From Tubulanus polymorphus (taxonomy: Eukaryota; Animalia; Nemertea), in the NCBI RefSeq assembly GCF_964204645.1, contig NC_134028.1:10540001-10604000 (forward strand): a stretch of 64,000 bases of DNA, read 5' to 3'. The notes under the pieces are model-generated. The model did not search any database. It saw nothing but the letters and a program-made list of their open reading frames with translations, and was not told the origin of the DNA. Of the stretch, positions 26,741-39,324 are shown piece by piece. The translations under genes were made by a program, and so were the position numbers. Each line of letters begins with the position of its first letter. The stretch's first letter is position 1.

Positions 26741-28430
26741 GTCGTATGCAATGCATTAGCGAATGGAGATTTCCTTAAATTGATGGTAAAGGAAAGGACT
26801 ATTGCGGTCCGACAGGGTACCTGTTATGGTGAATTTGTTGTTAATGGTAAGTTTATAAAGCTATTTTTGTAGCTTTGCAAAAATATGGTATTGATTTTGA
26901 AATGAAAGTATTTAATCATTTCCTATGAATATTTTGCTAGTTGCTAAGAAAGTTGGGATCCATTCAGAAGATGTGAAAGTATGTCTGGTAGACGAAGAAG
27001 TAGAACTAGAGGATGTTTTTCAGTTCTGCACGATGAATAGTAAACTCGCACTATTAGGCAAGTTGAAAAAGAATTCCATCTATTTGATGGATTATTCATT
27101 AATAATTTAAGTCTTATCGGTCAAAGATGAAAAATGATTGATTAAGAAGTTAATTAATCTCATATTTTCATTGTAGAGTACCAGGATCCCAGTTGCTCTA
27201 TATCCCTGGCTTCAACGAGTGATACGCTGATCATAGAACCTACATGTGAAAATAACCACTCTACATGTGAAACTCTGAAATCTACAGTCTCTACCCTGAA
27301 TTCTAGTAATGCATACACGATTCCCTGGCACAAGATAGCCCAAGGCATCACAAAAATACTAGCTGCCGGGACGATCTTAAAACCAGAAAAAACGACGAGA
27401 AGCCTGGGAGAAAAGATTTTTTAAAAATTGCTGCGCAGCTAGTTGCAAAATATGACAATTCCCTGGCATTTTCCCTCTTCTTAGGAGACCAACTTATTTC
27501 TGACGGACAAGAGAGCATAATAAGGTCATTGGAAAATCATCGTGATAACGAAAACCGTAGTTCTTGTCCTAAACGAAAACGCGAACCACTGGAAAGTCAT
27601 GTTATTGTCGATGAAAAGCGACTAAAACTATCTCATCTCTACAATGATGGAGAAAAAATATCAAATGTCGTAGAACAACTAATAAACCTTATAAAAGCTG
27701 ATATCAAGGTTAACATGCCAACTACAGCTTTGAAATGCAAATGGCCACATTTGTTTTAACTTCCCTATTTTTTGTAATATTGCGAATACATTACACGTGT
27801 TGACTTCAAAAACATGGAAGAAAACGTACTCGCAAGGAGTAGGTCTCTGTATGCGTATCTAAAGAAAACTAATGTCAATGGTATCAATGATTTTGAATTT
27901 GATGGAATTCATTCTGCACTACCTTTACTCGCAATGGCATTCAAAGAAAAGGTAACCAGTGTAATCAGGAAAGTACACGTGATAGCAGAAGACTTTGACG
28001 AAACACTCCCAGCCAATCCATTGATAATCCATCTAAGTAAGTGTATACGAAAAATGAGCTCTGATTTTGAAATTGAATTCAGGATTATGCCTCAGAATCA
28101 TTTTTTTTTTAAATTCCAGCTTTGGGAGATAACACGGTTCAGTACATGTTACGTGTCGACGGTACAGTCATTCTTCAAACGCGAGAATATATGAATGCTC
28201 TTAAAGGCTTATTTGCTTTATACTTCAATCTGAATATTCAATATCCATCTGATGCAATGTGTCAGTTGGAGTTTTTCCATCGGTATGTTGAAAAATTATA
28301 CTTAATTCAATATCTCAATCATCGTTTTCATTCTTGTAGTTTCATGGTAAGGTACAACGCACCAGGAGGCAAGAATAGAGGGAAGGTATTGAAGTTGGCG
28401 AAGGCTTAAGCCGAAGCGGAGTGGTTTTCG
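26741..28430 (+). pseudogene. Second (accessory) gene of the EnSpm-type element, intron-containing, decayed
   Basis: KCKWPHLF, ALPLLAMAFKE, LFALYFNLNIQYP...QLEFFHR motifs typical of the companion gene of animal EnSpm elements; GT-AG introns. Confidence 0.6.
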
Positions 28431-30395
28431 ACCTAAAGAAAAGGATACTCACATAGGCCCTATGGTAGTTTCTGATAAATTTTTACAGTTGAGTATCTAT
28501 CAGTTTTCAGCGTAAAACATGATTGTATGTTTATTCATGTTTGTTTAAATCTTTAATGTAAATAATTTTAGGAGAAATATCCCCATAAAATTGATGTCAC
28601 GCGAACATAAATAGACATTAAACAGAGCACATCGGGTGCCCTCGCTCAGTTAGTTTTGGTGGTACATACCCTCATTTAAGCTCAGCAGAGCGGAGAAACA
28701 AGGTATCAATTTTTTTTAGCCTTAATGAGATGAATGTTGTATCATTGTATTTATTCCAGGCCAGTATCGGCTTCTAAAAACAATTGGCTTCAACACATGG
28801 CCATTAGTTCTCCACATGAAATTCCAAGAATAGTTTCAGATGGTTTGAATCAGTTTTTCATTTGTTGCAAAGTATCAATTTTTGCTTTCATTTAATGTGA
28901 TTTACACATAATTAAAAAACTTGCCATTAAATATCTGAAAGTATTCTTGCTCACGTATTGAAACTTGCACTCTACGAGTCCACGTCTGTGATTTAAGTAA
29001 AGAACCACCCTGTATGATAACAATACTAGTCTGAGGGTCCGGTACCACAGTTGTGAGTTAGAATCAGTTCTTTTTCAATGTATTGACTCTTGAGTCAAAT
29101 TTGACAACCGTGGAACTGGATCCTTGTGAGTGTATAAAATTTCTTTAAGATAATGTTTAGAAACTATTTGTGATGCGTGATTCGTGTTTTATCATACATG
29201 TATTGCATTGATCCATACATGAATTTTGATATTATTAGCAACATTTAAATCTTTTAAATCCGTTTGAATCTCTTGTTTTCAATTATGTAAAATTCATTTC
29301 TCAAATATGCGATATGAAAAAATTCGTGGCCTGATTTGTTACGCACGTAAAAATGCTGGGTACTCAACTTTGATGTTCGATTTTTACGCGTGTGCCAAAA
29401 ACTGGCCACAGGTTTTTTATCTTGCTCTCTCGTTGCATTTTCGCAAAGTTGAGAAATGAATTTTACATAACTGTTTAGAATAAATTTTTGGTTCATATCA
29501 GAAATTCATTAATTGTTTCTCAAAATGATTTTTCATTTCACGACATATGATTCTGTATTTAGATGCGGGAAATACCATTTTTATACTTTCAATAATACCC
29601 CTAGCTTTGGAGGGTGTTACACTGAACAAAATGCACATTTTGCTCGCCCGTATCATCACAGTTTAATGCCCCCAAACTGAATAATTATTTGAAAGTATCA
29701 AACATGGTTTTATTAGAACGGACGATAAAAAGGATTCGATAGAAAAACGGCGACACCCTTAAATGAATGGAATAGACGTACAAAACGGAAGAAATCCCGT
29801 TGGTAACCGGTATTATCCGTATTTGAATTACGGAGAAACACGTTAGAAAATGGAAACTCCCTTTGACAACCGGTCTATCCGTAATTTAATTACCGGAAAA
29901 CATCCTCTAAAAACGGACATCTATCGGTTTAAACGGATTTGTATCATTTGTAAAAGTCCGTTCCTAAACGGACTCTGGAAATACGGGCAGAAAAAAATAA
30001 TTCCGGTTCATCTGCTGCCGGAATTTTTGCCAATTCTCACGTTTTTGACGGGATTTATTTTTTACAGTGTAGCACAACTTTTTAAACTGAAAATTTGACC
30101 TCGACTTATACACCGGGTCGACTTGTACACCGGAATATTTTCCTCATCCCAATTCAAGTTATGAGATGATGTGAATTTTATTTATTCTGACATATATTTT
30201 ACTATACAGGTATCAGTTTCTTCATGAAATCTTGTCTTCAGACAGTAGTCTCCAACATCGCAGCAGGACTCAGTGGACTTATATGTATATACCACATTGA
30301 CCTCTGGGCTTTATCATGAAATTTGGTGCCCACATATAAAAACATCGGTGACTTTACACAAATTTCAGTAAGATTGGTTGATGCCTCAGATGAGC

Positions 30396-31604
30396 TTTTT
30401 AGCTTTCACTTTTCGTCCGTCTGTCCGTATACAAAATCCAGTTATTTTTGGAAGTTTTGAGGACGCTTCAATGTAATGTCTTGATATTTGGGTTACACAT
30501 GTATCTACCCTAGACACATCTTCAGCTCGAAACCTGGCCCTGTCAGAATCAAGATGGCCGACTGGCAGCCATTGTTGTTCGCCAAAATCAGCACTTTTTA
30601 CCCATTTTTGAACTTTTTGAGGGAAATTTTGAAAACGCTTTGATCAATTACCTGACCTTTTTCGTATATATTTGAATCCCCCAAGTGCCCACAGCATAAG
30701 AAAAATAAGGTCGACCGAACTCAAGATGGCCGTCCTATGACCTTTTAAGTGCCCAAATTCAGAGTCCTGTAGCTTCCTACTGGTTTGCCATTTCTCATTG
30801 CAATTTGTGATGCGTATTCTTTGGAAAGGGATGTTTTATACCTGAGACAGGTATTTTTGATCAGCCAATTATGATGCAATTGGCGGCCATCTCGGTGTCA
30901 TCAGTATTCATTGGTAGGTGGAAAAAAAATTTTTCCACATTATATTGATACCTAAGCATATTGTGTTTCCACAATCAATTGGAAAGTTGTAACTCATAAC
31001 GTGTTCTATGATTTTGGTGAGTTTCAAGGTCATTGGTTTTTGTATATGGCCACCGGGGGCGTTAAATAATACAATGACTTATTATTTCTTTATTATATTT
31101 GTAGTGTGCATATTTTGTTACAACAATCGATTGCAAAATTGTAGCTCATGACATCGTCTATGATTGTGGTGAGTTTTAAGGACATTAGTTATTCTATATG
31201 GTCACCAGGGGGCGTTTAATAGTAGAATAACTTAGTATTTCCTTATTACATTGATACCTAGCATATATTTTTGTTACCACAATCAAATGCAAAGTTGTAG
31301 TTCATGGCATGTTCTGTGATTGTGGTGAGTTTCAAGGTCATTGGGTTTTTCATATGGTCATCAGGGGGTGTATGTAGTAGAATAACTTAGTATTTCCACA
31401 TTAAATTGATTACGGGCGGCATATTTTGTTATCACAATCAATTACAAAATTGTAGCTGCTGGCATATTCTATGATTGTGGTGAGTTTCAAGGTCATTGGT
31501 TTTTGTATATGGTCACCAGGTGGCGTTGAATATTGAAATGGTTAGTTTGTTGAGCATTTGAAACCACTTCCCAAGTGGGCATGGTGTCCCTGGACCCCTA
31601 GTTT
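30396..31604 (+). mobile_element. Helentron-associated non-autonomous element with 154 bp tandem array (~30950-31530)
   Basis: TTTTTAGC start, (GTCC)n, body matches 6650-7776, 3' AAGTGGGCATGGTGTCCCTGGACCCCTAGTTT. Confidence 0.8.
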
Positions 31605-34600
31605 AAAATCCTGGGGGAGAGCCCCCAAACACCCCAGGATGGCATAGCACCTCGCTGCTCACTTCGTTGTTGTAAAAGAAATTCGAAAAGGTGCTCTATT
31701 GAATGAGTGCTACCACTCATCCAAAAAGTAAATAATTCGTACACCTAAATTTTCTCTATTTTCACATACCTACTGAATGAACAGGAAATGAAAAATCTGC
31801 TGTCTGCTTTTGGAAATCTTATATCTCCCTGTGGCATCATCCCATTGGCGCATCTAAGTACAGGTAGTCTTCCTAGCCTAGACATCATGTCGAATAATCA
31901 TTCAATTTGCCTTGTCTCCATGGAAAATACTAATCATTCAGTGACTGGTTGATTGAAAGTTTCCTAGGTCAATATCCAAATTAGTCACTTTTGGGGCCTG
32001 TTCAAAAGTGACGATTTATTCAATTGACAAATTAAGTGTTTTTGACTCTCACATACAATTTACCTCGTTACCTATGTTAATTTCTGTAGCTTATTTCTGT
32101 AGCCTACGACATTTTTACTGAGACATATATCAATCAATCTGTCCACGATAGGTCTTTATGGGTAAATGAAGTGTGGAAATATACGGGAAATCCTGAGGGC
32201 CGAAACGATAATCAATAATAACAGATGACATGGTTTTTCCCATCCTCCCTTGCCAGGGCGCTTTTGCCTCCAACTAAAGTAGTCGCCGAGTGAGGCTTCA
32301 GTCGAGTGGCAACAAATGCTGACAAGCGAGGATGGGTTTTCCCAGGGAGTTCAAAAGGGCATCCTGCTTTTAAAGGGATACGGTGACCAGTCAGAATGTG
32401 CCCGTCATAAGGACCTTCCGATCAACAACGATACGGTTAACAAAAATAGAAGTGATGTCGTTTTTCAGCACTGCAATGAACGAATGACTGATATGAGTGT
32501 GGATGCTGGGGTATATTGTTATATTGGGGTCGATTGTTTATATAACTTAGCAACCTGTCCACGCGTTTGGACTGAGGTAATGTGTCATAATAAATCAATT
32601 ACAGAGTGACGATTTAACCGAGGTAAATCGAATGCGAAATAACAGGACCGGATTAATAGCGACGATTAAAGCAAAATGACGATTTATAAATGATTTAACC
32701 GCAGAAATGTAAAGGAAATAAAGAAGAAATGTGACGATATAGCCAGAATGACGAATTATGCACTGACAATTAAAGCGATGTCAATCAGCTTTAAGTCGTA
32801 CATGTATATATGTAATTACATTATAAATATAGGGCCTTCATATATAAACTAGAGGACCGAAGGTTCTGAGGCTCGAAAAATATCAGAAATTCAAAGGTGT
32901 CCCCCTTTCGAGTTTAGAACATTTATATTCCGTGGTATTATACTGGTACCTTCTGAAACATGGCCATGGCCGCGACTGCACATCAATACTTGGCATTGGG
33001 TTTTTCCGTGTTATACTTATATATACATGTACAACGTAAAGTAAACGGAGATCGAGAAAACACATACACTGAACGCTTTTACGGTTCGCAGCGCTTTTAC
33101 GGCGCTTTTTACAAAATGTGATCTACCGATCTCAGAAAAATTATGTGACCCTAGTCTCGATAACCCTCATCCCCCTAAATCTCAACATATTTCCACTGCT
33201 CTCTGGAAGGATGGAGATGAAGAAAACATTTTCATCCCTGTACCGCTGTAGCAGCAGTAACACAGCGCAAGCGCCATGACAGTTCTTCTTCTGTTCAGTA
33301 CGACACGCGCTGTTCTGCACGTGTGGCACGGGACAACGAGAATGCTAACGGCGTTAAAAATCGACATCAGTAGCACCAAAGCTAACCGTACCATTTTTTC
33401 TCACTACTTGAAATAACCTATGCGCAAAGCCAGAGAAAAATTTGCGATTTTAGAGAGAGATAATTGTAATGCGACACTCATCATCGATTCGACACAGCAG
33501 TTGTACTTGAATACTCGTAGTAAAGCGCGTTCGATTGATGCGCGCGGGCAGTATCTTATCTTCAAACACAAAACTATCGTATTGTTTCCAATAATTAATT
33601 TGTTTACACTCTTCGCGTAAAAGTAACGCGACACATCTGAATTTCTTCTGGACAGCAAAGTAAAATTAGGCGACAATTGGAACTATTTAATTTCGGGCAT
33701 TGAAACATACATACGCTTTAAGCGGCGTGATCAGTACGCACAATAGGGAGCATTTATTGATTGCTAGAAAAGCGATTAAGCGACTCAACTTGTCGAACTG
33801 AACGGTTGATTGTGCGAATAATACTAGTCGCTCCCTACACTACGGCACATACGATCTGTTAAGGCTCTTTTCGAGCCTAATAATCATTCAGTGACTGGTT
33901 GATCGAAATTTTCCTTCCAAGGCCAATATCCAAATTACGTGTAGTCAAATATCCGCTTTAAGTCACATGCATATACACGCACATAAACGCATACGCATAC
34001 ATTTAATATTGATACGAATTAACTATTACCCATATAAACTATGATTTAAGAGCACAATCCGTATAATAGCTGGTTTATCTCTCAAACAGTGGACGACTAC
34101 TACAGTAGAACCACATTCTAACAATCCATTGGGGGGATAAAAAGTTAAGGTATTATCCGATGGTTCGTTCGATCCATTTGATATCATACCCCTGGCGTGA
34201 TGAAACACAAACCAACTGGTTTCTGTTGAGTAGGACTAATTGGAAGCCATTGTGTGTCTAGTACAGATAACCCACAGGCCATGTACTTGAGGGCGCTTCA
34301 TCAACAGAATTTTGCTGATTGACAGATAATAGCATCTGTATTTAGTGAAGCTTGAGACTAATATGACATTGATGGATTAACTTGAGCGTTTTCTTAGTTT
34401 CTATTTCTTACTGACCACATTAACCTCATTAGATTACAGATGTTTATACTTTTTTCAGTTTCAGTTCAAGTGTATGTTCCTAAAAGCTGATACAACTGAT
34501 ACAGATAACACATAAGGATTTACATATACATCGGACAACGGGACTATGCATTTGTCTACGGAATAAGTGAAAATACGAATTATGGAGTACGAATTAGACA

Positions 34601-35024
34601 CAGAATTTTAAAGGGAATAACGTTACTGAAAAACGGGACCAATTTATTTTTACTGAATAAACACTTATACGGTTTAACCGGAGACAGATTAATCAAAGTT
34701 GACTGTAGAATAAAAAGAAGTTCACATGTCATGACGCCTACACACAACCAAAATTTTTTCCCATCGACTGGCACACCATCTGGTGAGGTAATAGGTTCAT
34801 CTTTGATGACGTGAGTCGATCCTTCACCTCACGACATTTTCCTTCACGTTATGAGTTTATCCTTCAAGTTACTACATTATATATACTTCATGTTATATGT
34901 AATGCACACCATGACCTAACTTGGCAACAGTTTTCATAACGCAAATGCATCTTGAAACGTGCAATGTCAATTCTAAAGAAATTGTGCCTAAATGAGGCAA
35001 ACTACCGCAGATTTGCTGATCGTT

Positions 35025-35213
35025 AGTAATAGGGGTAATAGGCTTTCAGGCCAAAGGTCGAAGGGTCGAGCTCGTAAAAAAATGAAAATAACAATAATTT
35101 ACAGTTGAATTAGTCGCGCACACTCCTAATTCAACTGTAAATTATTGTTATTTTCATTTTTTACTCACTCGCCCCCTCAACCTTTAACCTGAAAGCCTAT
35201 TACCCCTATTACT
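35025..35213. repeat. 189 bp imperfect palindrome at the left edge of the Polinton-like region
   Basis: AGTAATAGGGGTAATAGGCTTTCAGG ... CCTGAAAGCCTATTACCCCTATTACT with paired inner arms. Confidence 0.9.
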
Positions 35214-35458
35214 CTTAAAATATTTATATACATGAATAAAATATATATGAATAACATATAAATTGATAGATTATTCAATATAAAAGTGTGAGTAAAGTGT
35301 GAGCTCTTATAGAATAGATATATAGATATATTTTAAACATTATTTCAATATTTATATTTGTATGAGTTAGATTTTTAAACATTAAAAGTGTTAGTAAAGT
35401 GTGATTGAAATAATTCATATATATATACATGAATAACATATAAATGAATAAAATATAA

Positions 35459-38416
35459 ATGAATAAAATGTGTCAAATCAATTTTAAAAAAAAATTTAGT
35501 ATTAAAATGGAAGCAAATAAGTACTTTTTAGATTTTTATAGATTTCTAGCAAGTTCATTAGATAATTTATCTAAAAGTTTAGTTGATAATGATTTTGTTA
35601 TAACTCGATATTATTATCCAAATGAACAAGATTTTAAATTATTGAGATATAAAGGCGCAATTCCTTATTCATTTTATAAAACACACAATGATTTTAATGT
35701 AACAGAATTATTAAAAGATCAATTTTATGATCAATTAAAAGAGGAGTATGTGAAAGATGAAGTGTTTAATAGAACATTAAATATTTGGAACCATTTTAAG
35801 ATGAAAAATCATGGTGAATTAGTAGATTTATATTTAAATTGAGATGTTATGATATTGGCTGACATATTTGAAAAATTTAGAGAAGTTAATTTGAATCATT
35901 TTAATGTTGATCCTTGTTATTGCTACTCTAGTCCTGGTTTAACCTGGCAATGTGGTTTAAAATACACAAATGTAGAATTAGATTTATTAAAAGAACCAGA
36001 CATGGTTTTATTATTTGAAAAATCAATTAGAGGTGGAATTAGTGGTGTTATGGGAGATAGATATTTTAAAGCAAATGATGAATATAAATTATTATATATT
36101 GACGCCAATAATTTATATGGTTGGGCAATGATGCAACCTCAACCATATAAAAATTTTATACTAACAGAAGTTGAAAATGATGATAAAACTGATTGGGAAA
36201 GCGCAATTGCGAGTTAAAAAGATGAAGCACCAATTGGTTATTTCTTTGTAGTTGATTTAGAATATCCTGAAAATATAAAGTTTAAAACAAGAAACTTACC
36301 TTATTGCCCAGAACATTTAACTGTAGATGATAGTTATTTAAGTGAATACCAGAAGAAAATAAAACCGAAAGATCATGTTTTTACAGAAAAATTAATACTT
36401 ACTCAAAATAATAAATACAATTATATCGTTCATTATAGAATGTTAAAATTTTATCTAAAACAAGGAATGAAATTAAAGAAAGTACATAGATATATTGAAT
36501 TTAATCAATCGAAGTGGTTAGAAAAATATATAGATTTCAATACTCAACAGATAACCATATCAAAAACAGATTTTGAAAAAGATTTCTTCAAATTAATGAA
36601 CAATAGTTTTTATGGTAAAACATGCGAAAATATTAGAAATAGAAATGATATTGAATTAGTAAATAATTCTGAAAGATTAAGACATTTACAATCAAGTCCT
36701 AGACATTTAGGAAATAAAAGATTTGAAGATTATTTAACAGCAGTTTAATTAAAAAGAACGTCAATGAAATTTAATAAACCTATATTCATTGGTTCAACTG
36801 ATTTAGAAGTATCAAAATTATTAATGTATGATTTTTATTATAATGTTTTACAACCACTTTTTGGGGAAAAGCATATTAAAATATTATATTTTGATTCTGT
36901 AACAGCTGACACCCCAATATTATTAAAATGTAATGATAAAATATTAATTAGAAGAATTTCAGAAATAATTCCAAAACAAAATGAATGTTATATTTCATAT
37001 GGTGAAAAAGAATTAATACAAATAAATGGATTAATGGATGTTTGGACAAGAAATGGATGGAAAAAATTAAAGAATATTATTAGACATAAAACAAATAAGA
37101 AAATCTATAGAGTTAGAACTAAATTAGGATTTGTAGATGTTACAGAAGATCATAGTTTAATTAAACGAAATGGCGATGAAATAAAACCAACTGATATAAA
37201 AATTGGAGATGAATTATTACATAAAAGATTTTTCCAAAGAATGAATCATATGTCATTTGATGAAATTATTGATAATATTTATAATATAGAACCTGAAACA
37301 TTTGAAGAAAAAGAATATTTTATCAAAGGATTTTTCATGGGTGATGGTTCAGCAGGTGTGTATAATTATGTTTGGGGTAATAAATATTGTTGGTATTTAT
37401 GCAATCAAGACTTAAAATTATTAGAAAGAATTAAGAAATTCTGTGAAGAAGTTTATCCAAATAAAACATTTAAAATCATGGATGTTATGAAATCATCAGC
37501 AGTTTATAGAATACTTGTAAATAATCCTAAAGATTTTGCTATAAAATATAATGATGAATTCTATATTCATGCAATAGTGAAAAGTAATACTTCAACAAAA
37601 GAAAAGATAGTACCAGATTATGTATTAAATGCAAAAAATAATTTAAGAAAGTGGTTCTTCATTGGATTCTATGCCGCAGATGGCATTAAAAAATTTACAA
37701 AGGATAAAAAGATAACCTTTGCACAGAAAGGAAAAGTTGCTATATCAGGATTAAATATATTATGCAGTTCACTAGGATTTAATATGAATATAGAATTAAT
37801 TAAATCTAAACCAGATTGTTTTAATTTAAGGCATGTAGAAAAAGAATTAACAGAAGAAGTTAAAGATTTATTTGAAATATATAACCCATCAGATTATGTT
37901 TATGATTTATCAACTGAAGATGGTACATATAACTGTGGATTTCCATTAATTGCAAAAAATACTGATGCGTACATACTAAAAATCAAGACAAATGACATAA
38001 CAAAAGACTTGAAAACATTAAAACATCATTTTGATTTTTGCAATTATCCCAAAGATCATGAACTATTTAGCAATGATAATAAAAAGATTCCTGGTAAGTT
38101 TAAAGATGAATTAGGGGGTGATGAAATGATTGAATTTGTTGGGATAAGAAGTAAAATGTATAGTTACAGAACAAAAGATCATGAAGCTAAAAAGTTAAAA
38201 GGAATAACAAAACATGTGGTTGATAAACATATAGATTTTCAAGATTATATAAAGTGTTTATATAACTCAATTGTAATGAAACACAAAATGAATTGTTTAA
38301 GATCAGAAGATCACGAGATGTACATTAATGAAGTTGAAAAAACTAGTTTGAATCCATTTGATGATAAAAGGCATATTTTAGATGATGGTATAAGAACATT
38401 ACCTTATGGCCATTAA
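35459..38416 (+). pseudogene. Protein-primed family B DNA polymerase (N-terminal half missing; in-frame stops at ~35842, 36217, 36748), intein-containing
   Basis: YLN*DVMILADIFEKFR, SIRGG, YIDANNLYGWAM, KLMNNSFYGK, YFD-[intein]-TD, GKFKDE, RSKMY, KKLKGI, FDDKR. Confidence 0.95.
36896..37960 (+). mobile_element. Intein (355 aa) with LAGLIDADG homing endonuclease in the pPolB YxD/TD motif
   Basis: Starts SVTADTP right after YFD; block B VTEDHSL; LAGLIDADG motifs KGFFMGDGS and IGFYAADG; block F YVYDLSTE; ends AKN followed by +1 Thr; removal restores YFDTD. Confidence 0.95.
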
Positions 38417-39198
38417 AACAGAAAATCAATATCATCATACTCGAAATCACTATTGGCTTCTTCATTTTCATTTAATTGTTCTTGTATAATTTGTTTAGGT
38501 TCTTCCATTTCATTTTTCTCATTTAAATAAAGTTCGATCTTGTACCACATTTCATCTCGCTCTCTTTGTTTCTTTTTGTATGTTAATTCGTCAAATGGAA
38601 TTATAATATCGATGTTCATATAATTTACAATCTTATTTAAAAAGAATTCATAATTAATTGAATCTGTTATTCTATTTTCCAAATGATACATTAATATTTG
38701 TTTGAATATTTTTTTTATATTTTCCATATCTTCTTCTGTTAATTTAGGTTTTTCATAATAATCGTTAAATAATAAATATAAATACATTTTCTTTTGTTTT
38801 GTGTTAAATGTTGATGGAATAATTGTTTTTATAATATCTTTTTTAGTTATTTCACCATTTTTATTTTCTTTTATTTTCATTTTTTCAAGCCATTGCACAT
38901 ATTCTGGTGTATGATCTTCTATAGAAAATATTTTAAAAATTTCATCTAGATATTTTAATTTTGGTTCTATGAGAAAATCTCTAGTTTTTTCATCACCCCA
39001 TAAATTCTTTTGCCATCCACATTCATTACAAAATAACACAGTACCTTCTTGTCTTAAGGTCGCATATCTACATTGTGGGCATTTTCGTTTATAATTTAAA
39101 CAAGCTCTTTTATAAAAAAGCTCTTGGTATTTTCTTACGTTTTCTTTATGTTTTATTGTTCTATTATGTAGATTTGAATTACTTGTTGTAATAATCAA
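38413..39198 (-). CDS. Zn-ribbon protein resembling poxvirus A2/NCLDV late transcription factor VLTF3 (frame extends upstream to ~39300)
   Basis: CPQC-x13-CNECG, then PKLTEEDMENIKKIFKQI, INYEFFLNKI, RERDEMWYKI, matching my recollection of the VLTF3 C-terminal pattern. Confidence 0.55.
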   Translation of the reverse strand: MIITTSNSNLHNRTIKHKENVRKYQELFYKRACLNYKRKCPQCRYATLRQEGTVLFCNECGWQKNLWGDEKTRDFLIEPKLKYLDEIFKIFSIEDHTPEYVQWLEKMKIKENKNGEITKKDIIKTIIPSTFNTKQKKMYLYLLFNDYYEKPKLTEEDMENIKKIFKQILMYHLENRITDSINYEFFLNKIVNYMNIDIIIPFDELTYKKKQRERDEMWYKIELYLNEKNEMEEPKQIIQEQLNENEEANSDFEYDDIDFLF

Positions 39199-39324
39199 TT
39201 TACAATATTTACAATAATATGTTTTTCTTGTTAATTCATTATATTGTTTTTCTAACTTTTGAACTGTTTCTTTATTATCTGGTAACGTTTTCTCATATTT
39301 TATTTTTTCTAATAAACTATTTTT

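Larger units (their letters stand above)
21967..30069 (+). mobile_element. CACTA/EnSpm-type DNA transposon, full length but decayed (8.1 kb)
   Basis: Termini CACTGTAAAAAA / TTTTTTACAGTG, TA duplicated on both sides, ACGG/CCGT-rich subterminal repeats at ~21985-22330 and ~29715-30050, two internal genes. Confidence 0.88.
21234..30135. mobile_element. pogo-type MITE split by a CACTA insertion (arms 21234-21966 and 30070-30135)
   Basis: TA-CCGTATTTTCCGGTGTATAAGTCGA at left; GACTTATACACCGG / GACTTGTACACCGGAA at right. Confidence 0.75.

Noticed and set aside
30950-31530. Regularly spaced repeats as a possible CRISPR array
   Set aside because: Whole 154 bp units repeat with no unique spacers; eukaryotic context, inside a Helentron-type element; no cas genes
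31770-31888. Possible minus-strand first coding exon (MMSRLGRLPVLRC..., donor AG|GTATGT)
   Set aside because: No downstream exons or recognisable family found; unsupported
33141-33676. Short ORFs on both strands in a GC-richer patch
   Set aside because: No recognisable motifs or convincing splice structure
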